From: a virus | Taxonomy: Duplodnaviria > Heunggongvirae > Uroviricota > Caudoviricetes | Reading direction: 5' to 3' (one strand) | Length of the DNA: 22,143 nucleotides | IMG/VR virus record: IMGVR_UViG_2703718843_000010 | In this document: positions 21,528 to 22,143 of the stretch, one piece after another | How positions within the stretch are numbered: the stretch's first letter is position 1 | How the letters are laid out: every line of letters starts with the position of its first letter | Made by a program: the position numbers and the translations under genes | The notes under the pieces: model-generated | Database searches by the model: none | What the model saw: the letters and a program-made list of their open reading frames with translations, nothing else | Told to the model about the DNA's origin: nothing

Positions 21528-22143
21528 ATATTTTGCCCTGTTAACCAATATCGGGGCGGCAAAACTGGCAAACGCCACGGCATTGGGTGCGCAGGTTGAG
21601 ATCACCCAGATGGCCGTAGGCGATGGCAATGGCGCACTGCCGACACCGAACCCGGCACAGACCGCGCTGACGCATGAATTGCGCCGCGCGCAACTGAACA
21701 TGCTGACTATTGACCCGGTAAACACCAACCAGATTATTGCAGAACAGGTTATACCGGAGGATGTGGGCGGATGGTGGATCCGTGAGATCGGCCTGTTTGA
21801 TAAAGACGGCGATATGATTGCGGTTGCCAATTGCGCAGAGACCTATAAACCTCAATTGCAGGAAGGCAGCGGACGCGTGCAGGTTATTCGCGTGATCCTG
21901 ATTGTCAGCAGTACCGAAGCTGTAACGTTAAAAATCGATCCGTCAGTGGTGCTGGCAACCCGTAAATATGTTGATGATGCCGTTATTGAAGTTAAGGCAT
22001 ACGCCGATGATGTGATGAAAAAGCACGTAGCTGCTGCAAATCCGCACAAGCAATACCCACTGATAGCCAATGCATTAAAAGAAATGGTTGATGATGGACT
22101 GGTCAATCAAGTTCTCCAAAACCTTGGTTTGAAAGAAGCGGCT
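21517..22143 (+). CDS. H: Tail fibre protein H, N-terminal part (truncated by the window end)
   Basis: My own translation from GTG 21517 (GGAG 7 nt upstream) gives VATKYFALLTNIGAAKLANATALGAQVEITQMAVGDGNGALPTPNPAQTAL...GGWWIREIGLFDKDGDMIAVAN, matching the remembered P2 H N-terminus. The frame stays open to position 22143. Confidence 0.9.
   Translation, partial: MATKYFALLTNIGAAKLANATALGAQVEITQMAVGDGNGALPTPNPAQTALTHELRRAQLNMLTIDPVNTNQIIAEQVIPEDVGGWWIREIGLFDKDGDMIAVANCAETYKPQLQEGSGRVQVIRVILIVSSTEAVTLKIDPSVVLATRKYVDDAVIEVKAYADDVMKKHVAAANPHKQYPLIANALKEMVDDGLVNQVLQNLGLKEAA

Overview
The window is almost entirely the left ~22 kb of a P2-like (Peduovirus-type) temperate prophage, starting exactly at the integrase stop codon and running into a truncated tail-fibre gene H at the right edge. 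Gene order follows P2: int and repressor C (minus strand), cox, replication initiator A, then the cos/packaging region, portal Q and terminase P (minus strand), followed on the plus strand by O, N, M, L, X, a lysis cassette, and tail/baseplate genes R, S, V, W, J, I, H. All homology calls are made by eye from remembered P2 protein sequences and motifs; no search was run. Two cargo regions interrupt the conserved backbone. (1) Between cox and A there are four small unknown ORFs and a translationally coupled DNA-modification module: a Dam-like adenine methyltransferase with a cysteine-cluster tail, a DUF4406-like protein, and a C5-cytosine methyltransferase whose region carries a second long overlapping reading frame with methyltransferase-like motifs. 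(2) Between A and cos, where P2 carries tin and old, sits an AT-rich two-gene cassette: an unknown 197-aa protein followed by an XRE-HTH/ImmA-IrrE (HExxH) metallopeptidase fusion, ended by a strong terminator. This second cassette is my best candidate for an undescribed anti-phage or toxin-antitoxin system. Other observations include an extra gene and a 19-bp direct repeat in the immunity region, a candidate internal ori in A, phased TGCACAA repeats near cos, and unannotated small ORFs with good ribosome-binding sites.
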